NCBI GenBank assembly: GCA_001938485.1
Contig: MQRK01237226.1
Span: 4,283 to 55,402 of the forward strand
Reading direction: 5' to 3'
Source of the DNA: Girardia tigrina
Taxonomy: Eukaryota
DNA length: 51,120 bases
Shown here: in pieces, positions 26,600 through 39,739 of the stretch
How the letters are laid out: the number at the start of each line of letters is the position of its first letter
Position numbering within the stretch: position 1 is the stretch's first letter
Made by a program: the position numbers and the translations under genes
The notes under the pieces: generated by a model
What the model saw: the letters and a program-made list of their open reading frames with translations, nothing else
Told to the model about the DNA's origin: nothing
Database searches by the model: none

Positions 26600-27497
26600 A
26601 ATGTAATAAAAACTTAATTTTACCCCCACCAGCTTCTAATTTTACTTATAACTTATTGCTGTCTCAATAGAAATGTTTGCTTTCTGCATTCTACTAGCTC
26701 CTCTTTAAAGCGAACTTAAAGCGGCATCTGTTGTCACTTCATCACTGCATGTATACATTTGGAAGAAGTGAGAAAGTGACTGAATCATGTATTCATCCAA
26801 TATAGATTTGAGTTCTACTTCGCAATTTTTTTTCTGGGTGTATAAGTAGGCATTGGACTTTTTGGCAATCCAAGGACTTTCTTGTAGAACATTTTGATTA
26901 TATTGTCCAGACTGTGCCTGGTTCCATAAAGATTATTATATGAGATGAAGAAAATCCGATTTTTTAAGATGAGCTTTGAGTGTACCTACACCAAGTAGGC
27001 TTGTAATTTCTGCCAAGGGAAAAGTATTGATGTTATGATTGTTACCGTTTCCCTCACCATCGTTGCAAATATCTGTACTGGTGATTTCTTGATGTTCTTT
27101 AAAAAATTGGCGACCATGGTACTTTATAAACCCACCTTCATCTATTTCTGGAATTGTTTTCCTATATCTCTATAGTGTCATTGACGTTGTGAGGCAGAAC
27201 AATATGTGTACACGTGCTGGGTCTAAATTGGATTCCCAACACTTCGGCTAGTTCAACAGCCTTATCAACAAATGTCTGCATATTGTTTATGTTATTCGCA
27301 AACAATACCAAGTCATAAGCATATGCCATACAACTAACTCTGACAATCATAAATCCTCCTTGACTTACTTTGTCAAGTTCAATCAACACAGGGTTAATTG
27401 CAATGTTAAACAACAAAATGGATAAAGGACATCTCTGTCTGACTCCTACTAAGATTGGAATCTGCTCCGTAACTGTGTTGCTGCAGTCCGTGTTCAT
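26600..27497 (-). mobile_element. Non-LTR retrotransposon RT fragment (R2/NeSL-like), decayed
   Basis: GVRQRCPLSILLFN (GVRQGCPLS) and MAYAYDLVL (YADD); left boundary uncertain. Confidence 0.8.
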
Positions 27498-27784
27498 TAA
27501 ATAATATCACATTACATTACATTAACTTATATTTTTATTCATATATTTTAGCATATATAAAAGTGAATTTAAAGATCGACAAGTCGTTATCTATCAGCTC
27601 ACTTTTGCTTAAGTATTAACGAATCTTTAATTTTTTTTACATTCTGCTTCCTTTTATACTCCTTTTATTCTTCATTCTCTTACAAAATGTTAATGAAAAC
27701 CATAACCACATTTTAAAGATCAAATGATTGAATATATTTAATGATTTATTCCTAAATTGTTTCAATGGGAAGTCAATATTTTTT

Positions 27785-28003
27785 TCATTAAATTTATCAC
27801 TATTCCTCTGAATCGTATACGCAACACATTTCTCTCTGTTTCAAATTTAATTAGTAAAGTACAATTTAGATTATATCAAAATTTTTGTCAAAATTTGACG
27901 TAATGAAAATGGATTTTCAACGCGATTTCTTTACTTAATCAAACGAGTTTTCACTGTAAGACTTCATCTTTCCATATTGTACGATCTTACTTTACCGCGG
28001 TAA
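27785..28003 (+). repeat. Left arm of ~220-bp inverted repeat
   Basis: Near-identical to the reverse complement of 30548-30765. Confidence 0.9.
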
Positions 28004-28518
28004 TCGGTTCATAGAGATCATATAAAATTTACAATAAACAGAAAAAATATTTAAATATTTCTCTTAGAATATGCATAAAAAATAATATTAAAAATATTAT
28101 TTGGCATGATTATTTAAACAGATATTTAACAATAATTACGATAATACATTTTAATTTCTTTATTTTAATAAAATATTGTAATAAAAATAATACAAGTTAT
28201 ACTAAAAATAATAATATCCCAAAAAGAGGGGCCAACTTCTTCAATATGCTGGATTACCTATGGGTCCGTCACCTGTGCTTTATTAGTTTTTAATCAAATT
28301 AATTTCAGCAGGGTAATGTCCAAAACTCATTTACTAATGGTTAAAGCAGTACTTCTCCAGTGGGGTTTCTACGTTATTTTCACTAGTACAACAAACTGTC
28401 CAAATTTTATTCTTATTTATGAAAATGTTTTATAAGAAAATTTATGAACATTTTATACAAAAATACTTTATGATTGATGAATGGACAAAACCTTGAATTG
28501 GACAAAACCTTTTATTGA

Positions 28519-28640
28519 TATTAAGAGAACTCACACATTTGGAAGAACATTTATTACATTCACAGTTTCGATCATAGTTATGACAATCAATAGTATTGCT
28601 TTATATTTCGATTTCGTCATTGATTGATTTATCGGCTAAG
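28519..28640 (-). repeat. Diverged fragment of the Gypsy LTR terminus
   Basis: TATTAAGAGAACTCACACATTTGGAAGAACATTTATTACATTCACA matches 40507 onward and begins at the same boundary. Confidence 0.8.
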
Positions 28641-28739
28641 TAATACAAAATATTCAATGATCAAACAGTAATTCAATCAATAAATATGTACTAAAATCTT
28701 TTAAAAATGTCTTTAATACTTGAAATTCATTTGACATTT

Positions 28740-29590
28740 TCCTGAAACCATTTTTATTTATTATAAAACTAGCTTCACAGAAAGCTCTTTCCGATGTTGC
28801 AGAATAAGCTGGTACACTAAAAATAAGTTAAGAGACTCGAGTAAATTTAGAACAGCGACTTTCTCTGGATTTCCACCAATCCATGAAATCAACTTCAAGA
28901 TTAACACTTGCTTCTTCTGAGTAAATGTCCAGTTCTCCTTTGAGAGCTGTTTCCTCCACATTGTTCCCATACAATTTAAATCTAATCTGTCTTTTTGAGT
29001 CATTGCTCCGATTCAACCTGTCTTGATTGACTCAATCTTATACTGGTCTTCATTTTGCCAATTCGATAGGCTTCAAGATTAGGAAGTATGGCGGTAAATA
29101 AAAAATTTCCATATAGCTAGGGGTAGACATACCACTATGTATTGATGCATTATTAATGATTAGATAATGTCTTGTATAAGGTAGACACTGGATAAGCTCC
29201 GAGATAAATACCTGATACGTCTCTCAGTTTATTGAACCACTTAGAACAGTAAAATACTGTGACCTTTTCACCGTAATGGCCATAATTAATGAATGATTTT
29301 TTCCACTGTTAGTTGGAATAATGGAATGAATTCATACTTCCTTTTTCGAGTGTCCTGTTGTTTTCGGAGTCTTCAGATTAAAACCAATCTAATCAATATA
29401 GATGATTTTGTTTAATACTTACATTTTGTAAATAAACAGGAAAATGTAGGTTTTCAATCCTTGTGATAAATCGGATATTCGAACTGAAATCGATTTTTTA
29501 AACTGTAACCCGAACCCGACCCGACTTGAATTAACAGATCGCTAACCCGACCAAACCCAACCCGGTGCGAGTTGTGTGGTTGCTGTTACA
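28740..29590 (-). mobile_element. hAT transposon remnant
   Basis: ELDIY..DFMDWWK..FSVPAYSATSERAF (hAT dimerization domain); ACCCGA-type subterminal repeats at 29508-29565. Confidence 0.8.
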
Positions 29591-30547
29591 AAAATCATTA
29601 TCAGAAATATGATTGGTGTTGGAGAAATTTGTAATAGTTTTTTAGTTTAGTCGATTAGTTTAGTCAAACATTTTACAAAAATAAAAATTAATTAAAGAAA
29701 CGTAGTTTGTGATTAAAAAAAATAAAGTGTGATGAAAGTCTGAGTATGGATATTTTCGAATCTGATGTGAAAATTGATAGATTTGTTCAACCGATTCCAA
29801 TGAGTAAAAAACTGCAAAACAGAATAAATAATATCCTACGAGGATTTCAACTTTCACATCGATTTCTTTGCCTCGAAATTACCTGAAAGGTTCCGTCATG
29901 AGCAACTGGTTTTAAAGTTAGCTTCATGTGATAAAAACAATGGATTGTACTTTGTGGAATGAACATTTTTTGTTTATCTGTTAGTAATACTTAAGATGCT
30001 TTTAACTGAAAACGCTAATAACCTTTATAACAACCTCAAATTTTACAAAAAGCCTTAATTAAATATTTTGTCAATGATATTTAATTTTATTCATAACAAT
30101 ATGTTTTGATATATATATATATATAGGCGTGTAATTATAGTTATTCAAAAATATAAAAAAAATAAAAATGAGAATATAAATTGTGGACATATTTCTTTGA
30201 CAAGTACTGAGACTGTAGTTCCAGGCGTTTTTCTGAGAGATTAATTGAACAATTTAATGAAGATAATTTATTTATTTTAACATTTCCAATCCAGAACTCC
30301 CAGGAGGAATTGATGTCGTTTGTACACAATTTCAAGCCTCTTCCTTTATACGTACATTATATCTACCAAAAATATACCATTAATAATTTATAAATAATAT
30401 AATATTTTTCATATTTTAATTTTATATTTATTTTACCAATATTTCATTAAAAAATTATTTAAAAAATTATTAAAAGATAATTGCCAATAATGTAAAGAAT
30501 CTGTTATAGTAAATAATCTGTATAGTAAATAATCTGTATTAAATAAG

Positions 30548-30765
30548 TTATCATGGCAAAATAGGATCGTGCAATAGGGAAATATGAAGTCTTACAGTGA
30601 AAACTCGTTTGATTAAGTAAAGAAATCGCGTTGAAAATCCATTTTCATTACGTCAAATTTTGACAATAATTTTGATATAATCTAAATTGTACTTTACTAA
30701 TTAAATTTAAAAAACAAGAAATGTGTTGCGTATACGATTCAGAGGAATATTGATGAATTTATTGA
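30548..30765 (-). repeat. Right arm of ~220-bp inverted repeat
   Basis: See 27785-28003. Confidence 0.9.
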
Positions 30766-30859
30766 AACAAATTTTACTGAGACTTGTGAACGCTAATTTA
30801 ATATTTTTGAAAAATAATTTTGTTAAAAATTTTTTAAGAAATTGAATATTGTACATATT

Positions 30860-31350
30860 TGGGAAATTTGTTTTGCATCGTCATCAATTATATTTTGTTA
30901 GTTACTTATTTTTAATGTTATTTTTTAGATAGTTAGTTTTAAAGATAAAAATTTATTTATTTATTATTTAATTTAAGATATATATTGGATAATATAAACT
31001 AAATGTTTTAAAAATTTTTATTAAACATTATAAGATTTGGAATCGGCTTTACTTTGTCAATTTTGAATGTTTATTAACCCATTAACGCCGAACGGGAACA
31101 TTCGTGCCCATCTAATAAAAATGGCTGTAAAAGTAAAGACATTGCATTTAGCTATGTTTCGTTGATAAGGTGTGTACTCTGAAGGTTCATAACACATACG
31201 GAACATATTTTGTTTCTCTGTCACCAGGCATGCATGCGCAGTAGCCGGCTGACCTTGACCAAGAAAGGAGTGTATGTAACATGTAAATGCATATTACATA
31301 ATTCTCGGCATTAATGGGTTAATGTGTTGTAGTGTCTTATTAATAATTTC
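30860..31350 (-). mobile_element. PLE 3' end (same subfamily as 9760-10000), split by a MITE
   Basis: Reverse complement matches ATAAGACAC..AATAAACATTCAAAAT.GACAA.GTAAAGCCG.TT.CAAATCTT on both sides of the MITE. Confidence 0.7.
31078..31318. mobile_element. piggyBac-type MITE
   Basis: TTAA TSDs (31074-31077, 31319-31322); TIRs CCCATTAA(C/T)GCCGA. Confidence 0.9.
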
Positions 31351-32518
31351 ATCCACGAGAAGACTTCTAGTTAAACTTTAGCACAATGATATGCAGATAC
31401 GTAGCATTTAAAAATGCAACAATCAAAATTCGAAAATGTTTTCAATTTTTTAGTAATCCCTCCCCTTTATAAACATTTTGTTGGAGAATAAAGGATTAAA
31501 ATATTTCAAAAATTAAAAATATTATTTTCAATTATTAAAAAATGATATTTTAAAATAACTAATGTTGTTTTAATAATCAGAATTATCAATTAATAAATAT
31601 TTTTAAAATCGTGTTTTCTTTTTTTTAATAGTCGATGAATTAAATTTACATTGATATATCAACTAATAATTTAAAAACAGCTTTTGATTAATTTATTTGA
31701 AGCTTAATGTAGTCTGTAAGTAACGTTTATGTCACTTTCATTATTATCATTACTCATGATTTAACACCACAATCTTTATTAATATCAACAATTCACATAT
31801 TTAAACAAATTTCTTGTTAATTCAATTATTTCGCCCAAAATTAATCTATTAAATTTTTCTTCCGATTCAATTTTGAAAATTTGTTAAATTTTAAACTTTA
31901 AAATATTTTTACATTTTTACGAAAATTTATCATAAAAACTAATTAATTTAAATTTACTATTAGCCTTTTATTAAAAAAATTATTTCTTAAAATATTACAA
32001 AGTTAAACTCGTTTATATATTTTAAAATTTATTTAAACTTATTTCATAACTTTTATTAAAATATATCAATTTTTATGACTGTAAGCATATTTTAAATAAG
32101 TATTTGATTTTATGATATTTTTACTTTACTTTTTAATTTTTAATTTACTTTTTTTAAATTTTCAAATTAAAAAAAACTATTTTGGTGAAATGCAAATTTA
32201 AACTAACCCCTCATTCAGTCTAAACCATCTTAAAATTAAAATAACTACGATAATTTACTTTTGTAAAGTTGTTATTTTCATTTTTCAATTGCATAAATAA
32301 TCCGACGGTTTAACCTATTTAAAATATCAATCTTCCATCTGGGTGGGTGAAACAATTCTAAAACAATATGCTTAAAAACATACAATAAGCACAATTCAAA
32401 ACTATTCCCCACATCCTCCTTGATTTAAATGGCTTTAACCATTATACATTCCTGATCCAAATTCTACCATCTAATTCAAAATTCATAATTTCTTTAATTT
32501 CTTCGGTTCTTTATTGTT

Positions 32519-32847
32519 GCTGGATCGGGCTGTGAAGGCAAGCACCCGTTTCTTGTGCGGGAAATCATCGCTCGGTGAGACGGATCGGCCAGTCTAGTGT
32601 CGACCAGAATTCGGAGTACCACTGAGTAACGGTGTCACATTCAAATCATCGCAACTTCCTGTTCAGCGTCCCCGTTGCTTTGACCGCCGATAAGACTCGA
32701 TGTGGTGAATTATTCGATTGGTTCATCGACACGCGGCCCCAGTGCATGCTCGATGAGGTTGTGGGCATACGTCATGCGTTGCTAAATTGTGAGGCGATGG
32801 CGCACGGGATCAAACCGATCTGGGCCGCTGCATTACAGAGCGGTTTG
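32519..32847. other. GC-rich island of unknown origin
   Basis: Abrupt composition change; no recognisable protein or RNA family. Confidence 0.4.
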
Positions 32848-33217
32848 AATTATTATTCATTATTAAACGACAATCAACAAAACAAAGATTATTATTACAA
32901 TTACTAAATTTAAATTGTATTTTTTTTTAAAAATTGTTACGATCGCAATATTATTAAAACAAAAATGTAATTTTATTTAATATTCGAGCATCACACATGG
33001 TCAACAAGAAATTCTTCTTCGGAGAGTTGATTACATTCAATGTATTTTCTTCTTATCAAAATTAATTATACCTTCTGCAAATGATAATTAAATATATGAT
33101 TCTTAAAGATTAATTACAAATAGTTAATTACGAATCAATAATAAAAATCAACATTACGCATTACATGGCCTAATATATATATATATATATATATATTTAT
33201 ACTCATATTTGTATTAA

Positions 33218-33449
33218 CCCTAATGGAGCCGAAACTATTTCCTTTAGAAAAAATGAATTTTTGATATTAATTCTGGTTTATTATATCTAAATAACTTGTT
33301 CTACATTAAAAAATATTTTTTGTTTCATACGGTCTTTTTGTAATAGCGTGTGCTTTTAAAAGGACGGTGGCAACTGTTGCTGAGTCGTCAAATTGATGTA
33401 AAAAATATTTGAGCAGTGTTCTTTTAAAAGGACGGTGGCCCCATTCGGG
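33218..33449. mobile_element. piggyBac-type MITE
   Basis: TTAA-CCCTAATGGAGCC ... GGCCCCATTCGGG-TTAA; internal direct repeat CTTTTAAAAGGACGGTGGC x2. Confidence 0.85.
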
Positions 33450-34599
33450 TTAATATTCGTTTTATTTGTATTTACATGTTCTAATGTCCATGATCAATGT
33501 TGACAAGTCCCGAATTTTCAAATTTTAATAAAATACAATCATAAAAGTAAATTTTTAGTAAATGAGATATTATTATATGTATTAATATTTATTCTTTATT
33601 TATAATGGTTTGTATTAAAAGAAAGTAACTAGGTTTCTCGAAATATTTGTTAAAAAATCGTAATTTTTATACTAATAAAATTTTCGTGCTATGAGTTTAA
33701 CTTTTGAATTCGAACCTAAAAGTCTGTATCTGCCATTGTGTAGTGTGAGTGTCTTTTATGATTTATACAGAAGCTTGTTTTTTCTTTTTTTGATTATTTT
33801 GATTCGTTCTAAAGATTTCCCATCAAGGTCTGAGCTCTTGTTAAAAAATACTGTTTTGATTTTTGTTTACCTTGTTCTGCGTTTTTCAATCAATCAAAAA
33901 CGCAAGAACTGACTTACCAACTCAATATTATGAATAGAATGTACAATAAACTCATTTTATATTATAAACCCTTTGGATTAAGAAAAAAAACATTTATAAT
34001 ATATGCAAAGTCTGGATACTTTAAATATATTAAAATTAATATTTAGATGGAGTCCAAACGTAGCAGTCCTAAAGTTTTAGTCCGTCCCATTTTAGCTGGT
34101 ACTTAGTTTGTATAAAAAAAGAAACCAAATGGTCATCGACGAAAATGCATTTTTTCAGCTGAAAATTGAATTGTCTTATTATATAAATTGTAAAAATTAA
34201 GCGCAAGTGACATTGGAGTTTGAAAATTAAATATGATAAGCACAATAAATGCTGAAAAGCAATATAGAAAATTATTCCAAAATTTTCAACAGAATTGCTA
34301 ATAGCGAATATTTATAAGATGAAATAATGGTTCTCCACCTTATTTCTGGAAGGACTCTTAAGCATAAAATATTAATCCCGGGACATTTCATCTTAAATTA
34401 CTATTCTTATCATATTTAATTCTGTGCGGCACTTCACTCAATTAAGTTGTGGTGCTACATGCTTTATTAATACTAAATTCTCATTCTTCTTTCATCTAAA
34501 TTAATGTTCTCAAATGTTCTCATTTATTAAAATTAATATTTTCACTTCTCTACTATTATTAAAAGATAATTCATAAAAATACAATACAATAAATTCAAA

Positions 34600-35090
34600 A
34601 ATAACTTCCCGTACCCAAAAAAATCGAAAGTGAGTTTAGTAATAAATCTTCAACTTCGTTAGGATTGTTTCGGATCTCATTTACCAATATCCATGTAATG
34701 AGTGTAATGCCACATACATTCGATAGATTTCACGTCATCTCTGTAAGATAATCCAGGAGCACAGTCGTAAGGAAAGTGGAAGAAACATTGCTGGACATAG
34801 TAAACTTTATAAAGGGACATAAACATCCATAACTCTAAATTTCTGTGCACTCAATTTAAGAATTCAATTTAAGGAAAGGAATGACATGTGAAGCGTTATA
34901 TATAAGATTTTTAGATTCTAAAATTAATATTCAAATTAATATTCAACGACCTTATTGTGGTTTTAAAATGATTTATTGATGACGTGTTTATTGCATAATC
35001 ATAAGCAGTATATATGTACAGTTTTTTTAAAAAGATCAATTGTTCTGAAGATGACGGTTAATCCATCGAAATTAATAAACAATTTCAATT
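34600..35090 (+). mobile_element. PLE GIY-YIG/pLTR fragment
   Basis: Clear nucleotide match to 4368-4850. Confidence 0.88.
35038..35084 (+). ncRNA. Minimal type I hammerhead ribozyme
   Basis: AATTGTT-CTGAAGA-T-GACGG ttaat CCATC-GAAA-TTAA-TA^AACAATT; perfect 7-bp stem I; predicted cleavage after A35077. Confidence 0.85.
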
Positions 35091-36249
35091 GGATTTTGAA
35101 TTTTAATATATTATTCAATGAATTTCATTTAAATTTCTAAAATCTCACAGAGACCAATATTGACTATATAAAGTTAATATTATTTCAAAAATTATTTTAA
35201 AAAATAATATAAAATATTAATAATAATTTTAAAAATATTTTAAACTATGGGATACAGTCTTTCATAATTTAATAACATAATTTATATCAGTAAAATTATA
35301 TTCATTTTATTTAAAATCTAAATATATCGCTATTTTATTTATTTATTAATAAAGAACAAGCAAAAAATAAAAACCGCTTTATTTAAGTCCTTCCATCATC
35401 AAAATATGGTGTGAAAATATAAATGATTAATTTAATCTTCTTTACCCATAAGAATTAAACAGTAAAACATCTAATGCCACAATGTAATTAAATTTTCTTA
35501 GTTTCGGTATTCTTTGGGGAACGAAGAATTTTCTAATTTTCACTATGTATTCAAATTAAAGAAAATAAATAAAAAAACATTAGAAAAAATTGTATTTTTA
35601 TTAAATTCTAATTTGCCCACATTCCTTCAGGTTAGACGTAATTGTATTTTTGTTGCTTTAAATACGATAAAATAATTTTAATTGTATTTTTTAATAAAAT
35701 TGATATTTATATAATATTATTGAAAAAGCAAAGTATGAGTTAATTACTCTTCTCAGTTAAAATAAATAATCTACTCATTGTGGTAATTGAAAAAAATAAA
35801 TTGTAATTTATTAATGAATTTTTGATGAAAGGCGAGATAAATTTATAAGAAGACGTAATTAGAATAAGAAATATTCTGCTTCCATTAAACGTGATGGAAA
35901 ATTATAATATATTATTTATTTTTTATTTTAAATGGTTTTATTTCTATTTAACGCGGGTTAAACTAACATTTAGCGTTTTTTTCTGAATTCGTTCTTCTTA
36001 AATTATTGAAAATATATTAAATTACTGCAAGGTCTCGTTTGATGTGGTGAATTCGTTCTACAGAAAATACTTTGAAAAGACTTTACTTGCCTTAAAAAGT
36101 AGGGATACGTTCCAGACTTTTCTAAAATCGCATAAAACCATAACAAAGCGTTAAAATTAACTGAAAACTTCTTGAAAAATTTGGAGAAATTAACAAAAAT
36201 AGGCTGCGTAATTAGTTACTTCGAATGTCTGAAAGAAATTCATATATAA

Positions 36250-37388
36250 ACTCATAACTTCTTTCATGTCTTCTGCTTTTTACTGTGGCTGGACCCATAT
36301 ATCGATCTTCTTTCTTTGTAGCATTATCTTTTTTTATCAACACTTTATCCCCCGTATAAAATATTCGTCCTGTCTCTATCGTATTTTCGCTCTTTTCTTT
36401 CTTATTACAACTCTGTTTCATAGTATCTTTCCACCAATGTTTTAGCTTCCTACCAAATATCATTTCTGCTGGTGAGATTCCTGTGGTATCTTGAATTGTG
36501 CTGTTCATCATAAATTCTACTTCTGGCAAAATTTTCGTCCAATCTTTGTGGGCTTGATTTTTTATCCTTATGTTCATTGCATCTCTAGTTCTAAATTGTC
36601 TTTCAATGATGCCATTGATATTGTGATGATAAGGACTGGAATAAATTATTTCTGCTTTAAAACTCTTCAGTGTGTCTTTGAAGAGTGTAGATTCGAATGC
36701 TTTACCTCTATCCACATGGATCTCTTTTGGTGGTCCGAATTTCCAAATCCATCTGTCCAGTAGTGTTAGGATTTCGAAAAATACATATGAACACTTTTGA
36801 TAAAATTTTATGTAGAAAAAATTTTAAAATAATTCTTTTAGTAAAATTATAATTAATCCATCTATCCAGTAGTACTTTCCGAGCAGTTTTCTCATCTTGA
36901 TGAATTACAGCATTTAGACTTATATACCTGCTAAATTGATCAATTATAGCTAATATATATTGATATCCATTTAAAGTCTTTTTAAATGGTCCGCAAAAAT
37001 CCATATACATCTTTTGAAATGGTTCATCGGCAAATTGTTTAATAAAACTTTCTTTCGTTTTTGTGGTTAAAGTCTTTCTTTTTTGACAGTTTATGCAACA
37101 TTTTACAATTTCCTTAATTATCTCTCTCGTATTAACCATATCAAAGTCATCTTTCAAATAGTTATAAACCTTTTTACTACCAGTATGGCATAGAATCTTG
37201 TGAGCGTCTTCCACGAATTCTGTCCTTGTGGTTCTCGGAATCCAATATTTATTATCTATTGTTGTCACAATATTGTCTTTCAGTATCCATTTCTTTGTTC
37301 TTCCCATTCTAATATCTTCTCTGATCTGATTTATTTCGTCATTATCTTTCTGCCATTTGAACTCTTTAGATTCTTCGTCTAAAGCCAA
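36250..37388 (-). pseudogene. Gypsy integrase
   Basis: AHKILCHTG..CINC, MDFCGP, IIDQFSRY, DRGKAF, SPYHHNINGIIER, YMGPA. Confidence 0.92.
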
Positions 37389-38861
37389 GATTGCGTTTTA
37401 ATTTTTTCTTTCTTAGCTTCTTCGTGCATGGTTTGACACTGACTACATAATTCACAAGAATTTCTCGACATTGCATCTGCATTTGAGTGTTTTCCTCCTT
37501 TTCGATATTCCATTCTCATATCCAGACTACTAAGAAAATTTTTCCACGTTTGAAATTGCGGTGTTATTGGGTTTTTCATATTCAGCATGAATGTAATAGC
37601 TTTATGATCGGTTCTTAGTAAAAATCTTTTACCGTATAAGAAGTGTTTAAAATTATGCATAAAATAATAAATTGCCAGCAACTCTTTTCTTGTAATACAA
37701 TATCCAAGCTCATTTTTGTTCATTTTATGTGATCCATACGCGATCACTCTCTCTCTACCATACGTGTCCTTCTGTGATAATACTGCCCCGATTGTATCGA
37801 AGCTTGCATCTGTATCCAGTATAAACTCCTTCTCAAAATCAGGATACGCCAGAATCGGGGTGTCGATCATTTTTTCTTTCAATTTTTGAAAAGCTTCCTC
37901 GCATTCTTCACTCCATATTATTTATTCTTGTCTTTATTCTTACCACACAAACTCTGCAATACATTTGAGTATTTTACGTAATCTTTTAAACATTTTCTGT
38001 AGTAATTTGTTAGACCCAAGAAACTTCTCAAATGTTTGATACATGATGGTTTCTGAAATTTTTTAATGGCTTCAATCTTTGTTTGATCAGTTTCTATACC
38101 ATTCTTACTGACAATGTATCTTAAAAATTTTGTTCTTTCTGTTAGAAATTGGCATATTTCTGGGTTAATTCTTAAACCTGCTTCCTTAATTTTTTTCCAT
38201 ATATATGTTTTATTCGTTGCATTTGCTCTTCTTTATTTTTTGCAAAAACCAAAATATCGTCCAAATATACTACTGCCTCTTTCCAGTTTAAATCTCCTAG
38301 GACTTTGACAATTAGCTCTTGGAAAGTTGCTGGGGCTGCTGCTATCCCGAACGGCATTCTTTTGAAACAATACTGTCCGTTCTTTGTTGCGAATGCTGTT
38401 TTAATCTTTGATTCTTCTTCCAACTCGACTTGGTAGTACGCGTTTCCCAGATCACTTTTATTAAAATATTGCACACCATTCAGTGTGTTCAGCATGTCAT
38501 CTACATTTGGCGTAGGGAACGCTGGCCTGACGGTAATTCTATTTAACTGGCGGAAGTCTACACACACTCGAATATCTTGTTTTTCCTTCTTCCACACACA
38601 TACTAAAGGGAAATTCCATGGTGAGCTACACTTTTCGATTATGTCATTTTCTTCGAAAATTTTAATAACATCATCCAATTTGTCCTCAAAGTGTTTTGGT
38701 TGCCGATAAGGTGTTACTTGTATTGGATTTCCATGTGTTTCTATTCTGTGTTTTGTCAATGATTTTTTCCCAATATCCCACTTATCAGTCATGAATACTG
38801 ATTTATAATTGTTTAGAATCTTCCTTAATTGCCCGTCAATTTGCTTGTTAAATATATCCAT
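37379..38861 (-). pseudogene. Gypsy reverse transcriptase / RNase H
   Basis: SPWNFP, RVCVDFRQLN, RMPFGI, YLDD; ILDTDAS, KELLA, RTDH, NADAMSR. Confidence 0.95.
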
Positions 38862-38885
38862 TATTCTTCTTAGTCTGTCTTCATC

Positions 38886-39281
38886 TTATGGGTTGTCTCT
38901 AAACACCAATTTTTCTCTACCTCGAGGTATCTGTCTTTCCGGTTTTATTCCGAATTTATCGTAAAAATCTGCACCTGCGATCATTTCGGTGTCTAGTTCT
39001 TTGACCGCATAAAACTCTATTAACTTTTGTGTTCCCTCAATAACCACATTTAATTGAACGATTACATAATTGATCAGTTCTGAATCATTTGCACAATGGA
39101 TACGTTTTTTCGTTTCTCTTATTTTAATTTCTTTCATGTGTTTGATTATCTCCGCTTTATTTACATTCACTCTTGCTCCAGTGTCCAAAAGGCAATGAAC
39201 TTTCCTATCTTTCACATAAAAATCCACTCTTGGATATCCTTTCAATTCTTTATAATTTATCTTAAACTTTGATATCTTCAA
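38886..39281 (-). pseudogene. Gypsy aspartic protease
   Basis: LLDTGA and IAGADF motifs. Confidence 0.9.
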
Positions 39282-39739
39282 TATTTCCGTTTTACCATTT
39301 AGTTTTTGTCATCTAGAGTTGTCATACTATTACACAGCTCTCGATTTACAATATCTTGACATCCAAGTTCGCACATCTCTTGAGAAATATTTTCATATGT
39401 AAAATCAAACACACAATCACACACTCATTCATACATACAATCAAACATACATTTACATTGGTTTTCTAATGAAGCACACTGATCACCTCTCCTTGTTATC
39501 GTGCGTCCTCGTTTCCCTGTTCGTCTCCAGATTTTCTTTTACCTCTAGAATAATCTCTTGCTGTATTCTCTTCTCTTCTATCAGACATTTCCGATCTTCT
39601 GTTCATTTCATCATCCCTGTCGTCTAACTCCGGCAAGTGTTGTTTCTTATTCATATTCATATTCTCTATATCTGTGATTAGAATAATCTCTCTTGTCATT
39701 CCAACGATTTCTATTATTGTCCCATTTCCGTTGGTTACG

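Noticed and set aside
30499-30547. Three-unit ~17-bp tandem repeat ATCTGTATAGTAAATA
   Set aside because: Local slippage duplication; no further structure.
32519-32847. SRP (7SL) RNA call based on size and a TGTAA hairpin
   Set aside because: No helix 8 SRP54-binding motif on either strand.
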